This document shows, piece after piece, positions 47,501-55,590 of a DNA stretch of 55,760 nucleotides (position 1 is the first letter of the stretch; every line of letters starts with the position of its first letter). The DNA is from Catajapyx aquilonaris. Lineage: Eukaryota. The notes below the pieces were generated by a model. The model ran no database searches and was not told where the DNA came from. It saw nothing but the letters and a program-made list of their open reading frames with translations. Location of the stretch: positions 186,001 to 241,760 of the forward strand of contig KZ537958.1 in the NCBI GenBank assembly GCA_000934665.2. The letters are read 5' to 3'. The position numbers were made by a program, and so were the translations under genes.

Positions 47501-49991
47501 GATTGAAAATCTCAAAAATCTGGCATGTGTGCCTAACAAACACTAGACACAGCTTTTTGCCAAACTCTGATAAAAATGGTTTGGTTTTTTTTTTAAAAAA
47601 ACTTATGATTATCTCATTAACAGTGCTTTTTGCATGCCTCAATTCTGGCTCAGAAGTGGAAACAGTTTGCCTCTTAATCGTGACACTTTAATTTAACATG
47701 TCGAATACAATTTTTATGTCAGTTGCTAGACACTTGTTTCATAAAAACGTGCAATTTCCATACACAAGTCTAATGCAATTTAATTTATAAAAATTTGCAA
47801 CTTTCAATCACGAAACGTGGCATACTGTTTCAACCAACTGCATGAGCAAAAAAAAGGGATAATCCAATTTTTTGGTTCACATAAAGTTTGCATAGAATCC
47901 ATCGTTGACTTTCCGTGGAGATAGAGACTGATGGGATTATATTTTTTTGTGTAAAATGAAAAGATGGGACGACACAGTGCTTAGTGCATGAATGACAAAG
48001 AGAGCGACAGAGGGCTAGTGAATGTGAGCAAATTCACCGCTACCTATAAATTATTTATTTAGTTAAAAAATTTTGCTACGAATTCGGCCCCCCCAAAAAA
48101 ACAATCGAAAAAAATCCCTGCAAAAAGGCAGCATGAGAGCCTCCCCCCTTCCGACGGCCCCTTTCAGAGCCCCCACGATAACTACACGAAATTGAAAAAG
48201 AAACGAAACAAAAGCAAATCTCTCCGGTCGGAGAGTGAGGAGTACGACAGCTTGGGTTCCGACACGGACACGGAGCAAGGAACGAGCAGTCGAACGGAAT
48301 CCTCCACGCACCTGTATGACCCGGGGCCGCCCTGGGAGAGGGCCCTCAGGAACAACCCCCGTGCAAGTAAGCCTCGCAATCACCAGTACGGTAATGAACC
48401 AGACATTGTCACAATATATTTATATATAAATTTTTAAAAAATATTAAATTTTTAATAATGCGAGTGGCCCCACGCACTACGCACACACAATGCGATTGTG
48501 CGTCGTGTATGGATCCTGCTGACATACCAAAAAAAGTTTTTAAAAAAAAGCTGTACTGCTGCTGCTGCCTCGCTCATTAATTTTTAGCTTTGTTTATTTA
48601 TCCGGCTCCCACATGTCAACTGTGCAACTCTTTTTTCCAAAATATTTGACACCATGTATCTGTCACGTTACACCTTGCATGGATGGCAATGTGGGTGTGT
48701 GTATAAGTGTTGTGCTGCATTTTTCCTCCTGTTTACAATCCCCTTTTTTTTATTTTTGCGTCAAATTTTTAAAGCAAACCTTCTCCTCGTTCCAAAATTT
48801 TGCTTTTTTTTCAGTTTTTGATAACCATTTTTATCAAGTTACTAGCCACAAAAGGTGAGGGTTGTAATTAATGTGCTTTGATCTTGGGGAAACTTCGCAG
48901 CCCGCTTGGTCACAGACGGAGACATGCATGCGGCGAATCGACATTTTTACGAGTGCATCCGACAAGCTGATGCTCCGCGTAAGCAAAAATATAAAATGCA
49001 CTCGCAAATTACCATATTTCCAATCCCCACAAATCCTCAAGAGTCGGATATATGCATAGATTTTCTGCTTTTAATTACAATTTAATTAATTGGCTTTTAT
49101 ATAAGCATGCAATTTGGTCCAAAACAAGAAGCGAACATGTCAGCTCCATGCTCGCTTTCCTTTGCAAATATTAATAATAATAATAACAGTGCTGCTGTTT
49201 TGTATACATGAACCGCCCGAGTGTCCCTAGGCACGTACGGGCAACGTCGGATGCATGAAACTTTGCTACAGAAATTTCCCCTGTGTACTCACAGGTTTGC
49301 CTACACCTTTGTTTGGAAATTCAGGCAGTCACTACTCCACGGTAAGGATCATTTCGCCCATGACGTGAACCGTTCTTTTAGCACGTGACAAAATCTATCT
49401 CAGTTACTGGCCACCCACAGACCTGACTTGAGCCTCCCGTACTTCTTCCTTTGCAGAGTCAAGTTCCTGTAATGAGACATCCCCATTACCAGACAAGCGA
49501 TTATTTCCCAGGAAAGGAAGACCCAGGTAACACAATCGCAGAGTGTGCGTCAAAAACATGGGATGTTCTCTTCATTTAAAAATAATCATCAAAATCTACC
49601 TTATCCTGCAATGTTAATTTGTACCCCAATTAATTTTTATTTTAAAAAAGGCAACATCCCATGTTTTTGACTGTAGTCTTACTCGTGTCCAAGTCAGGTG
49701 CTGACACATTTTATGATGTGTATATTAACAAGGAGCCTACTGACATCACGCTGCAGCCAAGGATCCCTTGGAGACTACTCCCTATCCTCCTATGTCCCGT
49801 CAGAGGAGACCAGCTTTGGATACCCGAGCAGACTGGAACCGCCCAGCGGATTCTCGGACGGACACGAGCTCAGCGAGGCCGAATGTGACATGGACACACT
49901 GAGGAGGATCAAGAGAGCAGGACACCACTCGCCCTTTCGGAGGACCAGGGACAGGGAAAGGATGATGCACGACTTCACCATTGCCGTGTGA
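2260..49991 (+). CDS. Dscam: Dscam-family (Dscam2-like) cell adhesion receptor, multi-exon gene span: 10 Ig + 6 FNIII + TM + cytoplasmic tail; 5' signal-peptide exon not identified
   Basis: About 30 exons joined by GT-AG introns with matching phases give one open frame of about 1,880 codons in the diagnostic order Ig1-9, FN1-4, Ig10, FN5-6, TM. Dscam2-type motifs: QTLQPGPPVSLKC, GDVISHVNIS, CAALTSQSLQVSW, PYATF. Confidence 0.96.
4941..5260. mobile_element. Palindromic (foldback/MITE-like) element in a Dscam intron
   Basis: attcatgtaccga..ggaggcggtat versus ataccacctcc..tcggtacatgaat; inner arms accgtctacag..tactgacttgtagacag versus ctgtctacaagtcagtactgtagacggt; internal 26-nt direct duplication. 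Confidence 0.7.
5369..5530 (+). CDS. Dscam: Dscam exon: Ig2 N-terminal half (position of Drosophila Dscam1 exon 4)
   Basis: tttcag| and |gtgagt, 162 nt, phase 1-1; VVMQYYELQV...GNAAILRCNVPSFVRDF. Confidence 0.94.
10035..10052. repeat. (GA)n microsatellite
   Basis: About 9 GA units read directly. Confidence 0.8.
11442..11591 (+). CDS. Dscam: Dscam exon: Ig2 C-terminal half
   Basis: ttccag| and |gtgcgc, 150 nt; DGKYHMLPSGELHIRNV...YQCR...LTGE...GRL. Confidence 0.94.
11843..11960 (+). CDS. Dscam: Dscam exon: Ig3 N-terminal half (position of Dscam1 exon 6)
   Basis: tttcag| and |gtaagt, 118 nt, phase 1-2; EPRESVSARVLEK...VVLPCAAEGYPPPTY (absent from the ORF track, translated by hand). Confidence 0.93.
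12012..12070. repeat. Short inverted repeat built of gctaggcctagc units
   Basis: tggagctaggcctagc (12017-12032) is the reverse complement of gctaggcctagctcca (12050-12065). Confidence 0.75.
18244..18345 (+). CDS. Dscam: Dscam exon: Ig3 middle
   Basis: ttccag| and |gtaggg, 102 nt, phase 2-2; WYRQGLQPVDDDDRMFQVGGSLAITHVGEEDGG. Confidence 0.9.
18939..19273 (+). CDS. Dscam: Dscam exon: Ig3 end and Ig4
   Basis: ttccag| and |gtgaag, phase 2-1; YVCLANNTGG...VHREDGGMFQCFVKN...GTAELKLG. Confidence 0.94.
21550..21694 (+). CDS. Dscam: Dscam exon: Ig5 N-terminal half
   Basis: tttcag| and |gtgagt; AYPQLSYRFIQQTLQPGPPVSLKCIATGSPTPYIKWTLDGFPLP. Confidence 0.94.
23571..23722 (+). CDS. Dscam: Dscam exon: Ig5 C-terminal half
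   Basis: ttccag| and |gtcagt; FLIGQYVLENGDVISHVNISRVEVQDGGTYQCTAVNRAG. Confidence 0.94.
23792..23902 (+). CDS. Dscam: Dscam exon: Ig6 N-terminal half
   Basis: Follows a 69-nt intron; GTPFIRPMPPISAVAGETLSLTCPVAGYPIDSISWEK, donor |gtaagt. Confidence 0.94.
25066..25227 (+). CDS. Dscam: Dscam exon: Ig6 C-terminal half
   Basis: gacag| and |gtgagt; GRQLPLNRRQRVFRNGTLMIDNVQRQADRGTYSC. Confidence 0.94.
27025..27309 (+). CDS. Dscam: Dscam alternative exon Ig7-A
   Basis: ttgcag| and |gtaaat, 285 nt, phase 1-1; VPPRIAPFAF...QCIVTKGDLPLHIEWLKDG...HRGNFTCVARN...LLVN. Confidence 0.93.
27526..27804 (+). CDS. Dscam: Dscam alternative exon Ig7-B
   Basis: tttcag| and |gtaatg, 279 nt, phase 1-1; VPPKIGPFTF...QCVVQQGDLPLSLRWLKD...HTGNYTCVATNPA...LVVS. 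Confidence 0.93.
29246..29365 (+). CDS. Dscam: Dscam exon: Ig8 N-terminal half
   Basis: ctccag| and |gtaagg; VPPAWVSEPRD...LHCQAKGFPEPSVIWRKA. Confidence 0.94.
29426..29605 (+). CDS. Dscam: Dscam exon: Ig8 C-terminal half
   Basis: Follows a 60-nt intron containing an in-frame stop; EYQDL...NGTLFI...GYYLCEANNGIGAGLS, donor |gtaaga. Confidence 0.93.
31472..31619 (+). CDS. Dscam: Dscam exon: Ig9 N-terminal half
   Basis: tctcag| and |gtaaac, phase 1-2; VPAYFETKS...VRRGSPATLQCLAKGEEPMKVAW. Confidence 0.92.
33758..33906 (+). CDS. Dscam: Dscam exon: Ig9 C-terminal half
   Basis: ttgcag| and |gtactt; YRMKET...AELHIERTLKDDSGPYLCVASNPYGRDQ. Confidence 0.93.
34556..34868. mobile_element. Palindromic 124-bp tandem repeat / TA-flanked CACTC-ended MITE-like element
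   Basis: ctctag recurs at 34591, 34715 and 34839 (period 124). Ends are TA|cactcttaaccatttacc ... ggtaaatggttaagagtg|TA. The internal perfect palindrome gtagggtaaatattcttgggtaaatttacccaagaatatttaccctac occurs twice. Confidence 0.8.
35389..35520 (+). CDS. Dscam: Dscam exon: FN1 N-terminal half
   Basis: Long pyrimidine tract, ttgcag| and |gtgagc; DAPSAPRDLRVLNVTSRSARISW. Confidence 0.92.
36874..37177 (+). CDS. Dscam: Dscam exon: FN1 end and FN2 start
   Basis: ctctag| and |gtgagc; LRPATTYHVRVVAENQFGASEPSE...WSPPERDHWNGDILGYYVGFR. Confidence 0.94.
40114..40292 (+). CDS. Dscam: Dscam exon: FN2 end
   Basis: tcacag| and |gtgagt; [33 protein letters not shown]. Confidence 0.94.
40358..40507 (+). 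CDS. Dscam: Dscam exon: FN3 N-terminal half
   Basis: tttcag| and |gtaagt; VPSAPPIDIRCAALTSQSLQVSWQPPP...NGNIQGYKVYY. Confidence 0.94.
40566..40721 (+). CDS. Dscam: Dscam exon: FN3 C-terminal half
   Basis: Follows a 58-nt intron; [34 protein letters not shown], donor |gtaagt. Confidence 0.94.
43188..43395. repeat. Degenerate inverted-repeat element with opposing TTAGG/CCTAA runs
   Basis: taggttaggttagg (c.43275) faces ctaacctaacctaac (c.43328); flanks tgtaactgg..tgtcaaca versus tgtgacatcggttaca. Confidence 0.45.
45003..45299 (+). CDS. Dscam: Dscam exon: FN4
   Basis: ttgcag| and |gtaaca; VPEAPADVKV...SWLPP..NG...YEFWVTASTQIGEG. Confidence 0.95.
45362..45631 (+). CDS. Dscam: Dscam exon: Ig10
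   Basis: gcttag| and |gtgaga; VPAAITSFG...PWRDDVSLRC..VG.P...DSGNYTCTVRNEHGSD. Confidence 0.95.
45785..46216 (+). CDS. Dscam: Dscam exon: FN5 and FN6 start
   Basis: ttccag| and |gtaagt; VPPTPPLL...GDSGGSTIRGFLLNYK...LSCGSEY...CPIASFTIEYK. Confidence 0.95.
46486..46629 (+). CDS. Dscam: Dscam exon: FN6 end
   Basis: ttcag| (tandem CAGTAG) and |gtactg; NNIQ...YLLQITAQNNAGITEAKYDFSTLTLAG. Confidence 0.93.
46690..46833 (+). CDS. Dscam: Dscam exon: juxtamembrane and transmembrane segment
   Basis: ttatag| and |gtaagg, 144 nt; hydrophobic VIVPIVISSLALAVVGFAVCFCM followed by KK. Confidence 0.92.
46900..47058 (+). CDS. Dscam: Dscam exon: cytoplasmic 1
   Basis: cttcag| and |gtgggt; MENKQNLAQREQYYAAVQK...LEQIP. 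Confidence 0.88.
47357..47493 (+). CDS. Dscam: Dscam exon: cytoplasmic 2 (PYATF motif)
   Basis: ttgcag| and |gtgagt; EYSEDIYPYATF, a conserved Dscam tail motif. Confidence 0.92.
48168..48390 (+). CDS. Dscam: Dscam exon: cytoplasmic 3 (alternative donors after 48366 or 48390)
   Basis: tttcag|, phase 0; SESEEYDSLGSDTDTEQGTSSRTESS; donors a|gtaagc and g|gtaatg are both phase 1. Confidence 0.87.
48815..48854 (+). CDS. Dscam: Candidate Dscam cytoplasmic micro-exon (40 nt)
   Basis: gctttttttcag-type acceptor, aag|gtgagg donor, open in phase 1-2 (FDNHFYQVTSHK); no homology support. Confidence 0.45.
49295..49341 (+). CDS. Dscam: Candidate Dscam cytoplasmic micro-exon (47 nt)
   Basis: ctcacag| acceptor, acg|gtaagg donor; open in phase 2-1 (FAYTFVWKFRQSLLH); acceptor choice uncertain. 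Confidence 0.4.
49457..49526 (+). CDS. Dscam: Dscam exon: cytoplasmic (70 nt)
   Basis: ttgcag| and |gtaaca, phase 1-2; SSSCNETSPLPDKRLFPRKGRP; supplies the phase needed to join the last exon. Confidence 0.8.
49757..49991 (+). CDS. Dscam: Dscam last coding exon
   Basis: ctgcag|, phase 2; LEPPSGFSDGHELSEAECDMD...HDFTIAV followed by TGA TGA; hydrophobic C-terminus resembling a PDZ ligand. Confidence 0.88.
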
Positions 49992-50666
49992 TGATGGTTA
50001 CATTAACACAACATCAACCCCCACCCAATGTTTTCCGCCGTACAGGGTATAAATCAAGGATCCAGTGCATTTATTTATCAGACAATTCGCAATTTATGTG
50101 TGTGTGTGTGCGACCTTATATGTGTTGTTGACCCCCCAAAAAAGAGGAAGCAAGCGGGCTGTGGAGAATTTTTAAACGTGCCAATGAGAATAGGTGACTG
50201 CTGCAATTTTCAGTGAGAAAGCAGAGTGTATAAGGCAACCGACACAAGAAAAGATTAGTTTTGTGCCTTTGCCTCGTGAGCGGTGATAGTGCCACATCTG
50301 ACACGAAAATATCGTAGTTTCAGGAGTTTGATAATCAACTGACAAAAAAATTAATATTATTATTATTACACAATGATATTTTTATGGGGTGACGTTATTT
50401 GTAACAACTGCTTAGAGATTAGGGAGTGTTCATTGTTGGTCATATGGAACAGATTTTATAACGTGCCAAGAGTGATGAGAACGATGTACGAAGAAAGGCT
50501 GGAACAATTATTCTGTTGTTTCTTCTTTTTTAACTTGATTTTGTACAAGTCATTTTACTCCAAAGTCTTATAAACAGTGTTCATAAGGTATACACAGTGT
50601 ATGTCTGCATAATATACCTGACTTCATTTTTTTACAGAATGCGTCTTTTAATGTAGGTGTTGAGCC

Positions 50667-50672
50667 AATAAA
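50667..50672 (+). terminator. Candidate poly(A) signal of the Dscam gene
   Basis: AATAAA about 680 nt after the stop codon. Confidence 0.45.
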
Positions 50673-51077
50673 GGCTGTCCCAGTTGCAGAGCACTCATTA
50701 TTGTACACCCCATTCATAATTATTGCACACAATTACGTTACAGTACATCTGTGTTGCGTCGCAGGTGAGACAGCCTGTTGTTGTCCATGAAAACAATGAA
50801 CCAGACACACCAACCTCTCTTCACACCTGCCAACCTGGAAGCGTCACTCAACAATAGTTCAAGAATGGGAGTCAACGCATGTACCCATGGCTTGTTGTTG
50901 ATTGCTCTCTAGTAAACAATTCAGCCAATGCAGTCATACCTTGGCTAGTACTGTAGTACAGTACATACAACTGTACCCACCTGAGTGAATCTGTCAGACC
51001 TGGGCTGCTGAGATAGGGAACAGTTCGCCTGCCTGAATATGGTTTAATAATATATTACTGCCAGTTTGAAACAAATG

Positions 51078-51083
51078 TTTATT
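51078..51083 (-). terminator. Candidate poly(A) signal of the minus-strand HMG-like gene
   Basis: TTTATT on + (AATAAA on -) about 100 nt past the TAA stop. Confidence 0.5.
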
Positions 51084-51181
51084 ATTTTAAACTGTCAAAA
51101 AAATAATCGCCCGAGTGTTTTAGAATTTGTACATTTTTTAAATGCTCTTGTAAGCTGGCTACTTCTCACTTGCTGCATGAT

Positions 51182-52387
51182 TTACACATCAACCGGGGGC
51201 TCGCCAGCATAGTTGCCCCCCTCCACTTGCTCCTGAGCAGCCAAAGACTCTGCGGAAGTCGAAGCCTGAGGTTCAGCAGGGGCTTCCTCCTCCTCCCTGA
51301 ACATGGGGGCCACCTTAGCCAGCATCTTCCTGGCTGCAGCTGCAACCCCCCTCTTGGCAACCTTCTTGGCGACATCCTGAAGAGTCCTCGTGCCCGCCTT
51401 GCCGGAAGAGTCCTTCCTCCCGGAGGCCTTGGACAGAGCCAGGGCGATGGCGGACACCTCCCTACGCGATAGGGCGGACTCATTCCTCCCTCGCTGCTTC
51501 TTCCTTCCAGCAGCAGCATCGTGGGGTGGGCGGCCCCTGCCCCTCTTGGCAGGCCTCGCCTCGGGGGCTGCAGAAGAAGCCTTCCTCTTCCGCCCTCCCT
51601 GGGGCCCCCTGGCACCGATGCTGGTCTCAGAGCGACCGGCCTTTGGTTGAGAGTCGGCCTCGGTCCCTTGCTGGAGGACCCTCTGACGCAGCACCCTGGG
51701 CACCCTCCTCGTGATCTTGCCTCGCTTGCGCTCGTCCAGGCTGGCCCATTCGATCAGGGCCTGAAGGATCCAGAAGGAAGCATTGCACCGGGGAAACTTC
51801 AACCTGTAGTGCTGGTAACAGGGGGAAAAAAAACAGTCAGCAAAAGTAAACAACATGGGCTTGATCAAATTGTTGACATTTATTGTTTAAAGGCCTGTTG
51901 TGGCGTATCCATAGCAAATAAAACAATAACTCCGAACATAACAAGCCCACGAATTCGTTTAATTTGTTTTGATTGCCATGGTCACGTGCATTCCAAAATA
52001 AGCATGCTAATTAATTACCCTTCGCATCTTCACGTAGAAAATGCGGATGTTGTCGGGCACTTCCAGGTGCCTGATCTCGTCTGCGGCGTTTTGCATTTCC
52101 ATGTGGTGGTAGGCCTTGATGGCCAGATGCCAGAACCTGGTCTTCCTCTTCTCTGGAAGGTTCTGCCAGCTGTGCCAGGCAAATGAGTCCCAGCTAGCGC
52201 TTCCATCGGCCTTGACCTCCTGCTTGGACAGCTTAGTCAGCAGCTCATTCTTGAAGATGAGGTAGCCAGGAGAGTCGCCTTCGACGACTTGTTTTGTTTG
52301 GGGAGCTGCAGAATAAGGCAATATGTGACACAGAATCAGGTCATACAATGTTTAGAAATAAATACACTTAAAAGATGACGTACCCAT
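51182..52387 (-). CDS. Putative 306-aa basic DNA-binding protein with two HMG-box-like repeats and an AT-hook; exons 52387-52384, 52305-52019, 51811-51182
   Basis: aaaaagATGG|gtacgt start, GT-AG introns of 78 and 207 nt with matching phases, 921-nt open frame. Motifs: PGYLIFKNE...WQNLPEKRKTRF, PDNIRIFYVKMRR...FP...EWASLDERKR and KRGRGRPP. AATAAA lies on the minus strand at 51078-51083. Confidence 0.68.
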
Positions 52388-52591
52388 CTTTTTTCTGAGA
52401 GGGTTGTAAAGACACTTCTAGTTCCAAGCAGAACAAACTCTGAAGTGACCAAGTTTGTTGACTGCCTGTTGTGAGCTGGGGGGTTCACCCTGGCAACAGT
52501 TGATGTAGCAACCTAACCAACAACAAGCGACAAGATGCCAACTTATCTGCCTCATTTCGTTGCGCTAGTTATTCGCGGCATACTAAAATAG

Positions 52592-52617
52592 CAACAACAA
52601 CAACAACAACAACAACA
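52592..52617. repeat. (CAA)n microsatellite
   Basis: About 8 CAA units read directly. Confidence 0.85.
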
Positions 52618-53757
52618 GAAGCAGCAGAGAACCAACAACGATTTGTATTTGAAAGAATTGGCGGGCTGTGATGTCACCTGTTCATCTGGCAACCTTCTCT
52701 CCGCTCTTTTCGTCTGGCAACCTTGACCCGTTTGAAATTTTCCAAGATGGCCGCCAGTTGAAGTCGTTACAACATGCGGGTGCGACTAATAGATATTATT
52801 TTAGTATTTCCCAAGTGAAAGTGCAAGATTTTTGTCTGCTTGTAGCTCCAGAGGGTAGTAAGGCAAGTGTATGGATGACAGCCAATAATTTTGTGCAGTT
52901 TTTTTTGCAACATTTTGTATTCCATGCAATGCCAAGTGCTGAACATCCAGTCCTCATGATTTTGAATAATTTAATCCTAATTAAACGTAATGGGGAGCAC
53001 ATTATTAAAAACTGACTCTCTCATCCTCTGGCCATGCTTTGCTTAAAGTTGATGTGATTGTGTGATGCTTAGTTAGTACAACGCAGTTAACATATTTCCA
53101 CTTTTTTTTTAGAGGTCTTCCAAATGAGAGCTGACCTGAACCAGCACAACTTGTGCCTCCTCCTGCATGATTGTCTCCAAATTCCCCCAGCAACTTTGAG
53201 AGGTGTTAGATCTGCTTTGGGAGGATCCAACATCGAGTCATCAATGAAGAGCTGCCTCGCAATGGTAATGGAAGGAGCATGACCGTCAATGATGGCAATT
53301 AACTCACTGGTTGCAAAAACAAGTGTAAGCAGGGTGAAGCATCGCATTGTTTTCTGCTCAGTATGCTCGATTATTGGACCAAAGATCCCACTATTTACTG
53401 CATTCTTTAAGTCCCCTTACCGTTCAACTTGTATCACTATGGCTGCTTAGGTGTCAGAATTACCTCGAAGGTGATGATAGGCAAGAGGATTTCTTGACAA
53501 GACTAATTACGTCGGGTCATGTGGTCTTGCAGTGCATGATCATTTTAAATGCAGCACTTTCATTCCAATGGCTGCAATTCAGCAGATTATGACATAGTTC
53601 GCAAAATAATGTGTTCAACACTGCTTCTGGCTGCTCTTCGATTAATGATGGTTAATTACCACAAACTCAATTACGATCCTTGGGTTGAGATATGCTGTTA
53701 TGAGTCTGTGTCAATCATCATATCATTCAATAAACCCATCTCTTTCCTTTTCCTCAG

Positions 53758-55330
53758 GTGGGTTAGGGGCCTTCTAGATCCTCCCAGGTGCTATGCCCAT
53801 TTCAGAATGACGGCATGACACAACCCTGCAAGAAGCGCATGCGGGTCGAAGAAACTGGTCGCAGGAAACCAGGTTTCCAATTTGTCTGCAGAGGTAAGCA
53901 GCCATTGAATGCACATAAATATTGCATGGAAATTTATATTTGTCAGGGATATATCAGGGATATTTCAACTTGTCTTTCATGTCGTTTAATAGATTTAAGA
54001 GTTGTATTATCTTGTCCTGCAGGTTTTCGAACACAGCCACATAACCGGTTACAGCTGCACCCATACACCAACGCAGTATTGTACAATGTGAAGATGCCCT
54101 ATTGATCTGTTTAGATTCCTCTTCAGGTGGTTTACTGGGGAGCTAATCACCCAGAATAGCCATGTGCGCTGGTCAAGGAAGACCAATATTAAATTGAATT
54201 CAAAGTTCCGGGATGCTGCAAGTGTCATAGCATGGCACGATTTTGAAGGGCTAGGCGGGGTTGGGGATATTGTGGAAGTGGACGAATCACAAGTGTTGTC
54301 CGATTGATTGCACTGGTGTAGCCAGTGTACACTCGTGCAGGAAAAAGCGTCCGATTCACCGGGAGCAGCGTGTCCGATTCGCCAGTGTAACTGCACCAGT
54401 GCAAGCGGGGGGCTGCACTCGCTGCACCAGTGGAGAAGGTGGGGCAGGCGGTGTAAGGCGCGAAGACGGGCTGGCAAGATGGCGGCGGATGGAGGGTGAT
54501 TTGAACCTGGGACCTTACGCTTGGCTGGCCAGTAGCCCCTGGACTGGCCACTAGACCACCGTGTCCCCTAGCGTGCGAGTATTAATTGCTCGTCGTTATA
54601 AAGAGCTAAAAAAGGTCAAACCGCCAAGGTGCCCACGATCCTGTGCACGATCCTGTGGAAATCCTGCTGTCGGCCATCTTGGGTTGCACTGGAGGTGTCC
54701 GATTCGAGGCCCCAGTGCTGGGTCACACTCGCTGCACTGTGACGTCACCTCCCTACACCGAGTGTAGCCGGTGCAGTGTCAATCGGACAACACTTCTATT
54801 ATTCCACAGGAAATCCAATGTGGGCCGCATGACGTCAGAAATTTGGATCCTTGGAGGCATAAGCCGGGCCACCAAGAAGAGGTAAGATATGGGTGAGAAT
54901 ATTTGGGTGCTATTAAGCAATACATCACATTTATTCAGAATATTTCAACACATGCAAAAATAACATTGAAGAGTCATTTGGGGAGACAGCCTATAGGTGG
55001 TTCAATTTTTCATGTTACTTCATGTTTATGACATGCCCTGTAGTACATTGATCTTCACTATAAATTTTACTATCAATAGGTTCGCCATGGTTGTGCCCAA
55101 GCAGGACAAAGAATCCTATTGGACCACATCCATCCAGACAGCATGCTGTGCACGGACGGATGGGGTGGATACACTGGTCTGGGCAACTACTTCCAGGGGC
55201 ATGGAGTAGTCATCCATCGCACAAACTTTGTGATTCCACCACGGAGTCAGCCCCCATCGTGGTTTGTGGGTCGTAACTTTCATCCGAGTTGCATAGGCCA
55301 ACAATACGACGGCCCTCCAAGACCAGACTG
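53758..55330 (+). pseudogene. Decayed Merlin / IS1595(ISXO2)-family DDE transposase with spliceosomal introns
   Basis: Motifs LGGVGDIVEVDES, RKSNVGRM..EIWILGGISR and HIHPDSMLCTDGWGGY...H..VIHRTNFV. Exon-like pieces 53758-53893, 54023-54881 and 55080-c.55330 have GT-AG ends. There are about three frameshifts and a MITE insertion. Confidence 0.85.
54292..54794. mobile_element. 503-bp non-autonomous TIR element (MITE) inserted in the transposase
   Basis: Perfect terminal inverted repeats agtgttgtccgattga / tcaatcggacaacact; internal repeats tgtccgatt and cactcgctgcac; removal restores VEVDESHLLFHRK in frame. Confidence 0.88.
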
Positions 55331-55420
55331 TTCCTGTAATGCCCAGGATTTGTTATGCAATTAATTCACAGAATTGTTAATTTGTTTCAGTTCTTGTTAA
55401 ACTTTATTCAGTTATTTCAG

Positions 55421-55590
55421 TCTTGTTTGATTGTTCTTGTTGAACGTTATTCAATTGTTTCACTTGTTGATCTGTCTTGTTTGATTGTTCTTGTTAAACG
55501 TTATTCAATTGTTTCACTTGCTGATCTGTCTTGTTTATATATTGTTCAATTGTTTCACTTACTTGTTGATATTGTTCAATTGTTTGTTTA
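55421..55590. repeat. 54-bp minisatellite (two near-perfect copies plus degenerate copies)
   Basis: tcttgtttgattgttcttgtt(g/a)aacgttattcaattgtttcacttg(t/c)tgatctg at 55421 and 55475. Confidence 0.85.

Noticed and set aside
49272..49341. 70-nt exon as a mutually exclusive twin of 49457-49526
   Set aside because: Same length and phase but little peptide similarity, and the better pyrimidine tract precedes the acceptor at 49294.
53005..53347. Minus-strand ORF with a signal-peptide-like start (MRCFTLLTLVFATS...)
   Set aside because: Short, no recognisable domain, and apparent frame ambiguity; insufficient support for a gene.
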